The notes under the pieces: generated by a model | Seen by the model: the letters and a program-made list of their open reading frames with translations, nothing else | The model's database searches: none | Told to the model about the DNA's origin: nothing | In this document: positions 1 through 11,152 of the stretch, one piece after another | Layout: each line of letters begins with the position of its first letter | How positions within the stretch are numbered: the stretch's first letter is position 1 | Translations under genes and position numbers: made by a program | NCBI GenBank assembly: GCA_043780775.1 | Contig: JAYWCE010000131.1 | Location: 1 to 46,113, forward strand | DNA from: Candidatus Altimarinota bacterium | GTDB taxonomy: Bacteria > Patescibacteriota > Gracilibacteria > BD1-5 > UBA2023 | Length of the DNA stretch: 46,113 bases | Direction: 5' to 3'

Positions 1-1
1 G

Positions 2-164
2 AGAGTACTCCTGGCCAGTTCTCGACACAGTGACTGGTGGCGAGGGCTCCACCTGGGAGCTCACCGATGATGAGATTCGAGAGCTTGTATCGGCTTGCGT
101 ACATCCCAGCTGGGAGTCATGCAGATCCTGCACCGATGATGATTGTGTCGTAGACTTGAGACAT
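2..164 (-). CDS. trxB: Thioredoxin-disulfide reductase, N-terminal 54 codons only (gene runs off the window edge)
   Basis: ATG at 164 (minus). MSQVYDTIIIGAGSA[TGA]LPAGMYASRYKLSNLIIGELPGGALATSHCVENWPG. This is the FAD GxGxxG fold, with its third Gly encoded by the TGA at 117..119, plus the TrxB-typical VENWPG motif. Confidence 0.8.
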
Positions 165-215
165 AGAAATTAGGATAAAAAATAATGAGAATGAGTCTCA
201 TTATATGAAAAAGAG

Positions 216-242
216 AAAAAAGACAAGTTTTTTGTCTTTTTT
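216..242 (-). terminator. Rho-independent terminator-like hairpin downstream of the bPH-like gene (A/T-flanked, potentially bidirectional)
   Basis: AAAAAAGACAA-gtttt-TTGTCTTTTTT: an 11-bp stem, 5-nt loop and a T-rich tail on the minus strand. Lies between the bPH gene stop (284) and the trxB start (164). Confidence 0.55.
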
Positions 243-283
243 CTTTCCAAGATGGCTTTATAATGGTCGATATGACAACTCTA

Positions 284-832
284 CTATAGAGTTGGTGTTT
301 TTGCTGGGACATTGTGATGGGCTCGATACTCGCTGATGATTGTATTGATACGATTTCCATTCTCTACGGGATTCGGAGCATAGCTGATTATCATATCTGA
401 GTTCTCACTCGCCGTATGAATATGTATATGTCCATAGTGGAGAATTGTTTGCAGTATTCCATTAACTTCAGCATTAACCTCTTGGACTCGGTCCAGACCA
501 CACTCACTCACTCTCCTTGAGAGTGATGAAATTTGATCAATACCAATGATCCGTTGATCAGTGATAATAAGGAGGTCGAGCTCATTGTTGATCCATGATA
601 AGAGAATAAATGTGAGAAATAGCATCCAGTATACGCTCAATCAGCCCCAGAATATCGCAGTACCAAATATTGTAATGAGAGTCACATTCATTGTTAGAAC
701 AATGAATGTGGTTACTATGAGCATCAATAGATATCCTATTTTGAATACAAAAACGATCCAATGACGATGAAGTAACATAAGGAGATGTTCACCTGCTCGT
801 ATTTGCGATGGGATTTTTAGGTTTTCGAACAT
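284..832 (-). CDS. Membrane protein with bacterial PH-like (bPH_2 / YdbS-YdbT-like) domain
   Basis: 183-codon frame, open only if the TGA at 638..640 is read (it joins track ORFs 641..832 and 284..640); real stop is TAG. GEHLLMLLHRHW, then two hydrophobic helices, then ITDQRIIGIDQ...GILQTILHYGHIHIHTA. This is the layout of bPH_2 membrane-flanked domain proteins. Family call is from motif memory only. Confidence 0.55.
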
Positions 833-1368
833 GTGATATGGGGTGGTTTGAAGTATATAGGAGAGATACGATTCTCTATTTGTTTGACGGCAAATAGACG
901 AGTTATATTGACTCTATCCTCTCTGTATTGTATGGATTTTGTATCTTCTGTCGAGATCATATCTGAGAATATCCCTTCATAGGCTCATATTGGAAGGAGC
1001 TCCTTCGCTATGCTGATAACTGAGTCACCCTGTCTGATGAGATATTCTCGTGGATTGGCCTCGATGATTGGTAGGTTCTCACTCGTGATGAGATCAAAAA
1101 AATGACACGACTTCACGATGATAGCTCTTGTATAGGTGAGACTATTGATCGAGAGTGTGACAACTCGCATGAGTGTGAATGGACCTGGCCCCGTGACGCA
1201 CCAGATCTCATCGATCCCATATTCATCGACAATATCGACAACTATCCGTGGAAATGTCGACGCCGTGTCGAGATTTTTAGCGAGAGTTTTTGTGATAGTT
1301 TGTTCTCAATCAAAAATTAGAAAGTTGATCTCAGGAGTGAGTGGATTGATATAGAGGATGGATGACAT
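817..1368 (-). CDS. tsaB: tRNA threonylcarbamoyladenosine (t6A) biosynthesis protein TsaB/YeaZ-like
   Basis: ATG at 1368. ...IDEIWCVTGPGPFTLMRVVTLSINSL matches the TsaB GPG(S/P)FTG(L)R motif. One internal TGA. The standard-code stop (TGA, 985..987) is read through to TAA at 817..819, adding 56 residues. Overlaps the next gene start by 16 nt. Confidence 0.7.
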
Positions 1369-1377
1369 AATTTTTAT

Positions 1378-2892
1378 TTAGCTACCACGATAGGAGAGTG
1401 CCTCGAGAATATGGCGAACTTCGACAGTTGGCGAACTATCAATATCGGCGATGGTACGGGCAACGCGGAGTATACGATAATATACTCGAGTCGATAGCTT
1501 TAGCTTTTCTGTCGATGATATGGCGATCTTGATTCCATCTTGGCTGATATCTGCGAGCTGCTCGATCTCGACATTCGACATCTCAGCATTGGAGTGGATG
1601 CGTTTTCCTGCGAATCTGGTATGTTGCATTTCTTTGGCTTTCATGACTCTCTCCTTGAGCTCTCGACTCGTTTGTCCAGATCGTTTTTCTCAGAGTTCAC
1701 CTGTCTTGACCCGTGGCACCTGGATGAATATATCGACACGATCGAGGATGGGCCCAGAGAGACGAGATCGATATTTGTCGATCGCCATTGGCGAACAAAC
1801 ACACGGCTTCTCAGGATCACCCATATACCCACAAGGACATGGATTCATCGCACCTACGAGGGAAAAACGAGCTGGATATCGACAGGATTGATTGACACGG
1901 TTGATCGTGATCTCGCCATCTTCGAGAGGCTGGCGAAGTGTTTCGAGTATAGATTTGCTGAATTCGAGGAACTCATCGAGAAATAGTACTCCCTTGTGTG
2001 CGAGTGATATCTCACCAGGTCTCGCCTCTCTACCACCACCGATGATCGATGCCTCACTCGCTGTATGGTGGATCACTCGGAATGGACGATCGACAATGAG
2101 TGGGAGATCCCGAGTCAGGAGCCCTGCTACGGAATATATTTTCGACAGTTCGATCTGTTCCTCGAGTTCCATATCTGGGAGGATTCCTGCCATGGCTTTT
2201 GCTAGCATTGTTTTACCACTTCCTGGTGGTCACTGCATCAAGATATTGTGTCCGCCAGCAGCAGCGATGAGGAGGGCTCGCTTCGCATGTTCCTGTCCGA
2301 TGATGTCTGAGAAGTCGGGTGAATAGATTCATTTCTCATTTTCTACAGGGTCTGGTCGGACTACTCATGCTGGGATAGGGGTATCTCCAGTTAGGATATC
2401 GACTGCATCGGCGAGACAGGCAATGCCAATCACATCGATATTAGGGATCACTGATGCCTCGAGGGTGTTATCGATGGGGAGGAATATTCGCTTCATTCAT
2501 AGTTCTCTCGCGAGTATCGCTGCTGGGAGGGCTCACTGGATCGGTCTCACGAGTCCATCGAGAGCGAGCTCCCCGAGAAAGAGCGATTCTAAAACTATAT
2601 CTGTCCGAAAATCTATATCCTTGCCCAATATACCGAGGGCAATCGGAAGATCATAGATGGGTCACTTCTTCCTCAGATCAGCTGGTGCGAGGTTCACCGT
2701 GATACGGGCCCCAGCCGGGAAGCTATATCCAGAATTCTTCACCGCACTGCGTACTCGCTCTCGACTCTCCTGTATTGCTGCATCACCGAGTCCGACGACC
2801 GTGAACTGTCCCATCCCTGTGATGACATCAACCTCGACCTCTACGAGATGACCAGATATGCCGTAGATGGATGAGGAGAAGAGTTTTTGCAT
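1378..2892 (-). CDS. comM: Mg-chelatase-like AAA+ ATPase ComM/YifB (competence-associated)
   Basis: 505 codons with 7 in-frame TGA. N-terminal Lon-like/ChlI domain ([29 protein letters not shown]). Walker A [TGA]PPGSGKT, with the TGA at 2230..2232 on the minus strand. Walker [25 protein letters not shown] zinc-ribbon-like motif. C-terminal [14 protein letters not shown]. Ends in TAA. Confidence 0.9.
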
Positions 2893-3043
2893 AGTGTACG
2901 AGTTAGGATTTCCAGAGCATTGTAGATATCCAACCATGAAATGCAAGTGACTCCTCGGATTTTCATTTTCTTTTGCACGATTTTGTTCTGTTGTAAAGCA
3001 AAAAGTTGGGTTTTTTTTTGTGAAATGCACTGTATCTGCTAAT

Positions 3044-6028
3044 ATGGGCAGTATGAACAGATTCTTCCTCAGTATCGTTGCGATATTCACTACATTCCAG
3101 CCTGTTCTCGCGATCAGTGTGAGAACAGCTACTCGCTCAGAAAAGGCGACTCCATCACTCTGGTCTACGCTCTGGGAGAGTTTCATGTATATTGCTGAGA
3201 ATATCGTCAATATCCTCCTCGCGGTCATCATCATCTGGATTTGTATCCGACTGATGCGACTCACCTATGAGGTGATGATGACTCCCCGTATGCGATATAT
3301 GAAGGTGACCCTTCCTCGTGCCGACTCCAAGCTGGATAAGGAGCAAGATACTAAAAAAGACTTCAAAGAGAAGATCGGTATCATGACGCTCTTCTATAAG
3401 AGTGTTCACAAGATATCGACGATCAGTGCGTGGAATACGATCCTCAACTTCATCTTCGCTCATGCGAAGATCTCCCTTGAGATGATCTACGCCAATGGTC
3501 AGGTTCATTTTTATCTGGCGGCGTATCAGGAGCATATGACGCTGATCACGCAACAGGTGACCTCGAACTATCCCGATGCTGAGGTAAAACTGATCGCGAA
3601 AGCCGATCTCCCAGAAATCAAGCCACGATGATATGCGCTCGAGGCTGCGTCTATAAGCAAACGCAATGATGATATCTATCCACTCAAGACCTACAAGTAC
3701 TTCGAGGATGATCCACTCTCGTCATTTACCAACAACTTCGGTTCACTCAAAAAAACCGATGTTGCAGCCATCCAGATAGTGATGAAGCCACTCGGGCACA
3801 GTTGGAATCGCAAGGCTAAGAAGGCGGCCGGCCTCGTCGCGAAGGGAGAATACAAAAAAGGACTCAAGAATGGATTTTTTATGAGTGCTATTGGATTTCT
3901 CCTCACGCCGATTTCTTGGTTTTTCTCTCGATTTATCGCCAATGAGGAAACCGCATCGAACGCACCAGGGGCGAGTAGTGGTGACTCGTACAAGATATTC
4001 AATCAGGCAGAGACTGAGGCACAAAAGATGGTGGGGGAATCGGCTGGACAACCAGGATTCGAGGCATCGATCCGCATATTGGTTTCATCCGATACCCGTG
4101 AGTCGGCTCATCAGGGGCTCCAGTCCCTCGTGGCTGCGACCTCTATTTTTACTGATGAATACAATAATCAGCTCGACAATCCGCAGATGATAGAGGATAT
4201 CTTGCGTATCCTATTCACGCCGCTTCGTTATTTTGCATTTGGGTATCGCCTCATCGGGATTTTCCAGAAGATCTCTCGATTCTCCTCTGATGAGATGTCG
4301 ACGATATTCCATTTCCCTGATATCAAGTATAACAAGTCCCCGATCATCGCGTGGCTCGACTACAAGATGCTCTCGATCCCACAGAATCTGAAGTTCCCAA
4401 AAATCCCACTCATCCTCAAGGACTATAAGCGGGATGCGTCGGGCTCCATTTTCACCTCTGATGGATCGCTCTTGCGGGTAGATAAAAATAAAAACCTCTA
4501 TCGAGATGAGAACAAGAATCTCCAACTCACGGGTGGTATGCCTATCTCTGTATTCTCAGAGGGAGCCGATATGGGCAAGCCGGTCGATGCGGGCAAGACC
4601 CCTGTACAGATCGATGCTCAACGAATGCTCGGGGGATTTCCTCTCTATAAAGAGGCAGTTTTGATGGGATGGAATGAATATCGCAATATGAAGACGCCGA
4701 TATATTTTGATCGCAAGGATCGCGGACGACATCACTATATCATCGGTAAGTCAGGAGGATGAAAGTCAGTACTCATCGGATACCTGGCTCGTCAGGATCT
4801 CTGGAATGGGGATGGACTCTGTGTGATCGATCCGCATGGGGATCTTGTTGAGGATATCCTCGCCTTCACGCCCAAGGAACGGGCTCAAGATATGATCATA
4901 TTCGATCCATCAGACTACGAGCGACCACTCGGACTCAATATGCTTGACCTCATCGCGACCGAACCAGCACTGCAGGCAATAGAAAAAGATCGAGCGGCAC
5001 TCGATGCCACCTCGATATTCATCAAGATGTATGGGGATGAGATATTCGGTCCTCGAATCCAACATTATTTCCGCAATGGATGTCTCACGCTCATGGATGA
5101 TTCGGAGGATGGTGGTACACTCATCGATGTACCACGACTCTTTGTGGATGAAGCATTTATGAAATATAAAGTCTCAAAAATCAAAAATGTGATGGTAAGA
5201 GCGTTCTGGGAACATGAGTACGCTCAGACTGGAGATCGTGAGAAGCAGGAGATGATACCATTTTTCTCTGCGAAATTCGGACCATTCATCACCAATACGA
5301 CGATGCGAAACATCATCGGTCAGACGAAGTCAGCATTTAACCTGCGGAAGGTGATGGACGATCAGAAGGTACTCATGGTAAATCTCTCCAAGGGAAAAAT
5401 CGGAGATCTCAATGCTCAGCTTCTCGGTTTGATAATGGTTTCCAAGATCAATATGGCGGCGATGAGTCGAGCGGATATGCCGGAGGAGCTCCGCAAGGAC
5501 TTTTATCTCTATGTAGATGAGTTCCAGAACTTTGCAACGGATACATTCGGGGAGATCCTCTCCGAGGCTCGCAAGTATCGACTCGCACTCATCATGGCCC
5601 ATCAGTTCATCGCCCAGATCGGTGGCAATGGAGCCAAAAAATGAGATAAACCGTCGATCAAGGATGCAGTATTCGGGAATGCGGGGACGATCATGTCGTT
5701 CAAGGTTGGAGCGGATGATGCAGAGTATCTGGAAAAAGAATACGCACCGCTCCTCTCGCAACAGGATATCATCGGTATCGCGAACTTCACCACCTACTGC
5801 AAGCTCAACATCGACAATGCGACCACCAGGCCATTCGATATGAAAACGCTCTGGGACAATACCTATAAGAATGCTGAGGTCTCAAAGATCATCAAGGAAT
5901 ACTCTCGAAAAATGTATGGGCGTAAAAAAGAATATGTTGATATGGAACTCGAGGCTCGCATGGGGATAGTCCGTGAAGAAGCAGACTCAATAGTTCCAAT
6001 CACTGATACCAATAAATCAACTCAATAA
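3044..6028 (+). CDS. Type IV coupling protein-like ATPase (VirD4/TraD/TraG family, DUF87/HerA-like P-loop) with long N-terminal membrane-associated region
   Basis: One frame of 994 aa joins track ORFs 3020.., 3779.., 4823.. and 5693.. through TGAs at 3629, 4760 and 5642. N-terminal hydrophobic segments. [11 protein letters not shown][TGA]KS is Walker A GxxGx[11 protein letters not shown]. Walker [29 protein letters not shown] is a TraD/TraG-type C-terminal motif. Start could be GTG 3020, ATG 3044 or ATG 3053. Confidence 0.7.
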
Positions 6029-6039
6029 TTCCCATTATT

Positions 6040-7248
6040 ATGCTTCACCAAATCCTCCCCATTATTGTTTCACTTCTTGTTATTGTGGATGGCTTTATTC
6101 TTTTTTGATTTTGAGAATATGGATTTATGAGTGACTATGTAAATTCAAATACGATTCTTGCCTCGATTCTGATTATTATTCAATTTCCAATACTTTATAC
6201 TATCCTGTATAAGGCGTATATCGGCCCCATTCAGCTATTAACAAGGGATATTGCTCGTTTTATGACGGGTATCCAAGAGGAGCCACAAATACAACCAAAT
6301 GCATGGAGCGGAGGAATGAATCAGGTTATTATATTTTTTATTAAATCACTTCAGATTCTACGAGTATTCAAACAAGAACTCCGTGATGGTCGCAAGCTCC
6401 GATCTGAGGTTGAGATCGCGAGTGAGATCCAGAAGCAGACACTTGATTACCAGAATATTATAGTACCAGGACTCACCATCGCTATGGCGACAACTCCAGC
6501 ATCAGAGGTTGGTGGAGACTCGCTCGATATTATCCCTGGTCGTGATAATAATCACTATATCTATATTGGTGATGTCACTGGACATGGGGTACCATCAGGA
6601 TTCGTCATGATGATGGTCAATGCTCTGGTATCTGCATTCTCCCTCTCTGAATCCAATGGCGCAAACATCCTTGCACAGACAAATCTGATTCTCAAACCTC
6701 GTATCAAACAGAATATGATGATGACGGCAGTGATGCTCCGTTGGGATGCTACAGCCAAAAAAATGTACTATACAGGTGCAGGACATGAATTTCTCCTCGT
6801 ATATAAGACTAAGGAAAATAAGGTTTATAAAGTTAAAAGTGGTGGTGTTGCACTTGGTATGGTTAAAGATTCTACTAAAATTCTCAAAGAACAACAGATT
6901 GCTTTTGATCCCGGAGATATCATCGTACTCTATACTGATGGTATCAGTGAGGCAAGATATCGCTCTGAACAGACAGGTAGACTCTTTGGTGTTGATCATA
7001 TTATAGATTCGCTCATGTCTATAAATATCAAAAATCCAGAAAATATATTTCGCCAACTTACTATCGATCTCTCTGCATGGATGGGGTATAAACATAAACA
7101 GTATGATGATATCTCTCTCGCTGTTGTGGGATATAATAGTGATTGACAAGAAGCACAAACTCTCCTCGATATCTATAAGCATATAGATAGCACCAATATA
7201 ACTGAATGGAACTGGTGACTCAAAAAAATAGAACAATCTGTAACATAA
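6040..7248 (+). CDS. Membrane-anchored PP2C-type (SpoIIE/RsbU-like) serine phosphatase
   Basis: GGDSLDIIP...HYIYIGDVTGHGVPSGFVMMMVNALV...IIVLYTDGISEA are the SpoIIE/PP2C metal-binding motifs. Hydrophobic N-terminus. The standard-code stop TGA at 7144..7146 is read through to TAA at 7246..7248 (+34 aa). ATG 6040 adds a hydrophobic helix through two TGAs; alternative start is ATG 6127. Confidence 0.8.
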
Positions 7249-7260
7249 CATATACCACCC

Positions 7261-9210
7261 ATGTCTCTCCCTACTCTCACAGAACTCATCACCAAAAACT
7301 ATACCTGAGATGTTGAATGACTCGAATCACTCACTCCAGTATCTTTTTCTGGATCTCATAATACCGTTATATCGCCAACTTCGACACCTTCGCCAAATCT
7401 ATCAGTATCACCGAGTACTGCTGTATCAGTGCCATCATATATCGATGCTGGAGATCGCAAGCTGACGCGAGAAGAGGCGATGGAACTCAAGGATACTGAG
7501 AGGGAATACAATGAGTCACTGGCATTCATCAAGGATGCGATTGCTCCTGCGATGATGCGGATTGACCCAACCAAGCTCCAAATCGGAGATACCTATGTTC
7601 GGACAATATTCACCTATGCCTATCCTGATGTGCTCGAGGGGAATTGGCTCTCACCGCTCATCAACTGGGATGTGAAGTTTGATATCTCTATGTATATCTA
7701 TCCAGTTGATTCAGCTCGTGTGATGAAGTTTCTCCGTAAGCGACTCACTCAACTCGGATCACAGCGAGCTATGAATAATGGCAAATGACTCATCGGAGAT
7801 CCCCATCTCGATGCTCAGATCCAAGATGTTGAAGAACTCCAGCAATATCTCACGCGTGGTCAGGAGAAGTATTTTCACTTCTCACTCTATATCACGACCT
7901 ATGCAGAGAGTGAAGATGAGATGAAAAAACTGACGAATATGCTCGATATGATGCTCGCAGGCCGCAATATCCTCACAAAGCAAACATTTCTCAGGGCAGA
8001 GCAAGGATTCATTGCGACGGGTCCATTTGCTCGTGATGAAGTCAATGTGTTCCGCAATATCTCAACAAAGGGTCTCTCTACTACATTTCCATTTAGCTCC
8101 AACTCTCTCTCTCAGGATGATGGGATATTCTATGGTATAAATACTCATAATAAGTCACTCATCATATTCGACCGATTCCGTTCTGAGAACGCCAATATGT
8201 GTGTATTTGCCAAGTCAGGATGATGAAAATCGTTCGCCGTGAAACTCGAGATCCTCAGGGCCCTCATGATGGGGACAGATGTCATCGTCCTCGATCCAGA
8301 GAATGAGTACAAAGCACTCGTAGATACGGTCTGAGGTACGTATCTCAATATTTCCCTGAATTCCAATGAGAAGATCAATCCGTTCGATCTCCCACGTTCA
8401 CTCAAAGATAGTGAAACCCATATTGGGGATCTTCTCCGCTGAGCTATCGTGAATATGATCGGACTCCTCAGGCTCATGCTCGGTATCATCACTCCGAATG
8501 AAGAAGCACTCCTCGAGAAGGCGATCATCACGACCTACTCACTCAAGGGCATCACGATGGAGGATGACTCTATCGATGGCAAAGAGATACCACTCCTGAA
8601 GGATCTCTACTCGGTTCTCGAAACGATGGATGGAGCTGTTTGACTCGTAAATCGACTCGAGAAGTATATATTCGGAGTGTTTTCTGGAGTATTCTCTCGA
8701 CCGACGAATGTCGACCTCAAGTGATGACTCGTCGTCTTCTCTGTACGAGACCTCGATGATATTCTCCGCCCGATCGCTATGTATATCCTCCTTACCTACG
8801 TGTGGAATGTAGCGAGATCGAGTGAGAAGAAGCGATTCCTCGTCGTCGATGAGGCATGGAATATCATGCAATATGAGGACTCAGCGAAATTTCTTTTTGG
8901 TCTTGTAAAAAGAGCTCGAAAATATGGACTCGGGGTCACGACGATCACCCAGGATGTCGAGGACTTCATGGGATCATCATATGGCAAGGCGATCGTGACT
9001 AACTCATCGATCCAACTCCTTCTCAAGCAGTCACCTGCATCCATCGATGTCCTGCAGAACGTATTCAAACTCACCGAACAAGAGAAATATATCCTCCTGA
9101 ATGCCTCGGTTGGTACAGGACTCTTCTTCGCGGGAGGTGAACATGTGGGTATCGAAATACTCTCATCCTATTTCGAAGAGAAAATCATTACCACCAAACC
9201 AAATGTATAA
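7261..9210 (+). CDS. VirB4/TrbE/CagE-like type IV secretion ATPase
   Basis: 649 aa assembled from 5 track ORFs through 10 in-frame TGAs. Walker A CVFAKSG[TGA][TGA]KS = GxxGGGKS (TGA doublet at 8221..8226). VIVLDPENEY...INPFDL. Walker B RFLVVDEAWNIM. RKYGLGVTTITQDVEDF. Ends in TAA. Confidence 0.8.
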
Positions 9211-10108
9211 TCCTACTCAATCACATAGGGGCTCTGCCCTTATCGTCGGGCTCATTATCGTCGTGTTACTGACGATCTTGACGACCAGTTTTCTCGAGAA
9301 AATCCTGAATCTTGGGAAGACGAGTGGTGGTATCGGTAACTCTGCTCAGTCCTATTATCTCGCTACAGGACTCATCGAGGAACAACTGATGGATGGCCTG
9401 ATGACCAGAGCAGAACCATGGAAGATACCTACAAAAATAGAATGAACTGCTGCTACATGACGGACACTCACAGCATATACGGGTGGCACGATGATGCCTG
9501 AACAGTGAGCATGAGGACTTCCATGAAAATGAAATAGCTCATTTGACTCTAACTGGAATATTATCGGTATAGGTGAACCAGTTCAGATCGTTATTCCTGC
9601 TGGAATTATTGATTGGAGTACTGTGATTTTTCATTTTAGAGTTCCTAGTATCCTAGGTGCAGTTAGCAATACTGGGAGTTCTAGTAGCTCAGGAGTTATC
9701 CTTTGGACTTTTGGATATTCATGAGCATCACTCTACGCAAGTGGAGAAACAGAGATTTTTCAATGAATCCATATCACAAACAATACACCGCTTCCTACAC
9801 TTACTAGTAAAAATGGACTTACAAATACTGGAGTATCGATGCAATTTTGAAACTTTTATAGTGCGTATGGATCAAATTGTGCCTGATTTCAATGTACCCT
9901 GAAGTTATCAATGATACGCTCATTTGTGACAGATTTATGACAATCATTCCCATTTCTTGAATACCAGATTAGTTTTCCTGTAACAATACCGAGTCAATAT
10001 ATGATCATTGACTCGTCAGCCTATGTGCTCGGATACCTCCGCTCTCGCCAGGTGCGTATACCACAGATTACAACCAACACTGCTACTGACTTCGCTATTC
10101 TCCAATAA
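9203..10108 (+). CDS. PilX-like / pseudopilin-type protein (N-terminal hydrophobic pilin-like helix)
   Basis: 301-codon frame, open only under code 25 (11 in-frame TGA). MYNPTQSHRGSALIVGLIIVVLLTILTTSF...AQSYYLATGLIEEQL resembles the PilX_N motif (QRG-aL-hydrophobic helix ... A-yyhAEaGle). ATG overlaps the VirB4 stop by 8 nt. Stop TAA at 10106..10108. Confidence 0.5.
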
Positions 10109-11139
10109 TGATCTCTCTAGTTATCTCTCATCCTGCTGATGCTGGACAACGGCTCGACCGATTTGTCCGCAAATATCTCCCTGGTGCTCCACTCGGTGGT
10201 ATTTTCAAGATGCTACGGACTGGCAAGATCAAGGTAAATACAAAACGAAAAGATCAGACCTATAAATTGGAACTCTGAGATGAGGTATCGTTCTGGCTCA
10301 CGGATATCGAGATGGAGGGATTCGTGGCTGATATCAAATGAAAGAGTGATAGTGTCACAATGGAAACCCGAGAAAAACAAAAAGAGATAGTTGAGCTCGA
10401 TATCCTCTATGAGGATGAGTATCTGATGGTGGTGAACAAACCCGCTGGAATCAATGTCCATGCTGGAGATCATAAGACGAAGGAATCCAATATCATCGAT
10501 CAGGTGCAAGACTATCTCCAAGGACGATATGACAGTCTCACATTCCGCCCTGCTCTCGTGCATAGGATCGATCGTGATACGAGTGGTTGTCTCCTCATTG
10601 CCAAGGATAAGTCAGTACTCGAAACGCTATTGACCGAGCTCCAGGCCCATGATATGGAGAAGGTCTATCACACGATCGTGCTCGGTATCCCTACCAAGCG
10701 ACAGGATACGATCCGAGCCCGACTCCTGCGGATCGACAATGCCAAAAATGAGGCAAAAGTCCGAGTCGATGGGGCAGGACAGAGTGCCATAACTCATTAT
10801 ACTGTACTCCAGACATTCATTGCTCATCAGTCCTTCTCTCTCCTCGAGTGTCGTATCGAGACGGGCCGCACACACCAGATCCGTGTCCATATGGCGTATA
10901 TCGGACATCCAGTCCTCGCTGATCGGGCATATGGTGACAAGAGTATCAACTCATATATCCGCCGTGATCTGGGTATCACTCGTCAGCTCCTCCATGCTCA
11001 GTCTCTGACCTTTGTGCACCCTCGAACTCATAAAAAACTCATGATCCAGGCACCATATCCGCCCGATTTCCTGAGTATTCTCGGTTCTCCTAAAAAAGAT
11101 TTGCAACAAATGGGCTCTCCTGGTATACTAGACACATAA
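10108..11139 (+). CDS. rluD: RluA-family 23S rRNA pseudouridine synthase with N-terminal S4 domain (RluD-like)
   Basis: S4-like N-terminus (GQRLDRFVRKYLPGAPLGGIFKMLRTGKIKVN...L[TGA]DEV). Catalytic HRIDRDTSG. ...ETGRTHQIRVHMAYIGHPVLAD. 2 in-frame TGA. ATG shares one base with the preceding TAA (TAATG). Confidence 0.85.
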
Positions 11140-11152
11140 TAACTCATCATCT

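Noticed and set aside
1540-2326. Plus-strand ORFs 1520..1891, 1540..1986 and 1892..2326
   Set aside because: All are antisense to comM, whose identity is unambiguous from its Walker A/B motifs and C-terminal domain. They are shadow ORFs.
2893-3264. Upstream part of the 200-aa minus-strand ORF 2662..3264 as an N-terminal extension of comM
   Set aside because: ComM homologues start at the [14 protein letters not shown]... type N-terminus (ATG at 2892). The upstream part overlaps the divergent VirD4-like gene and its control region.
6595-7251. 218-aa ORF on the minus strand (mirror copy 38864..39520)
   Set aside because: It is antisense to the PP2C/SpoIIE phosphatase gene, which has clear catalytic motifs. 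No motifs were recognised in the antisense product.
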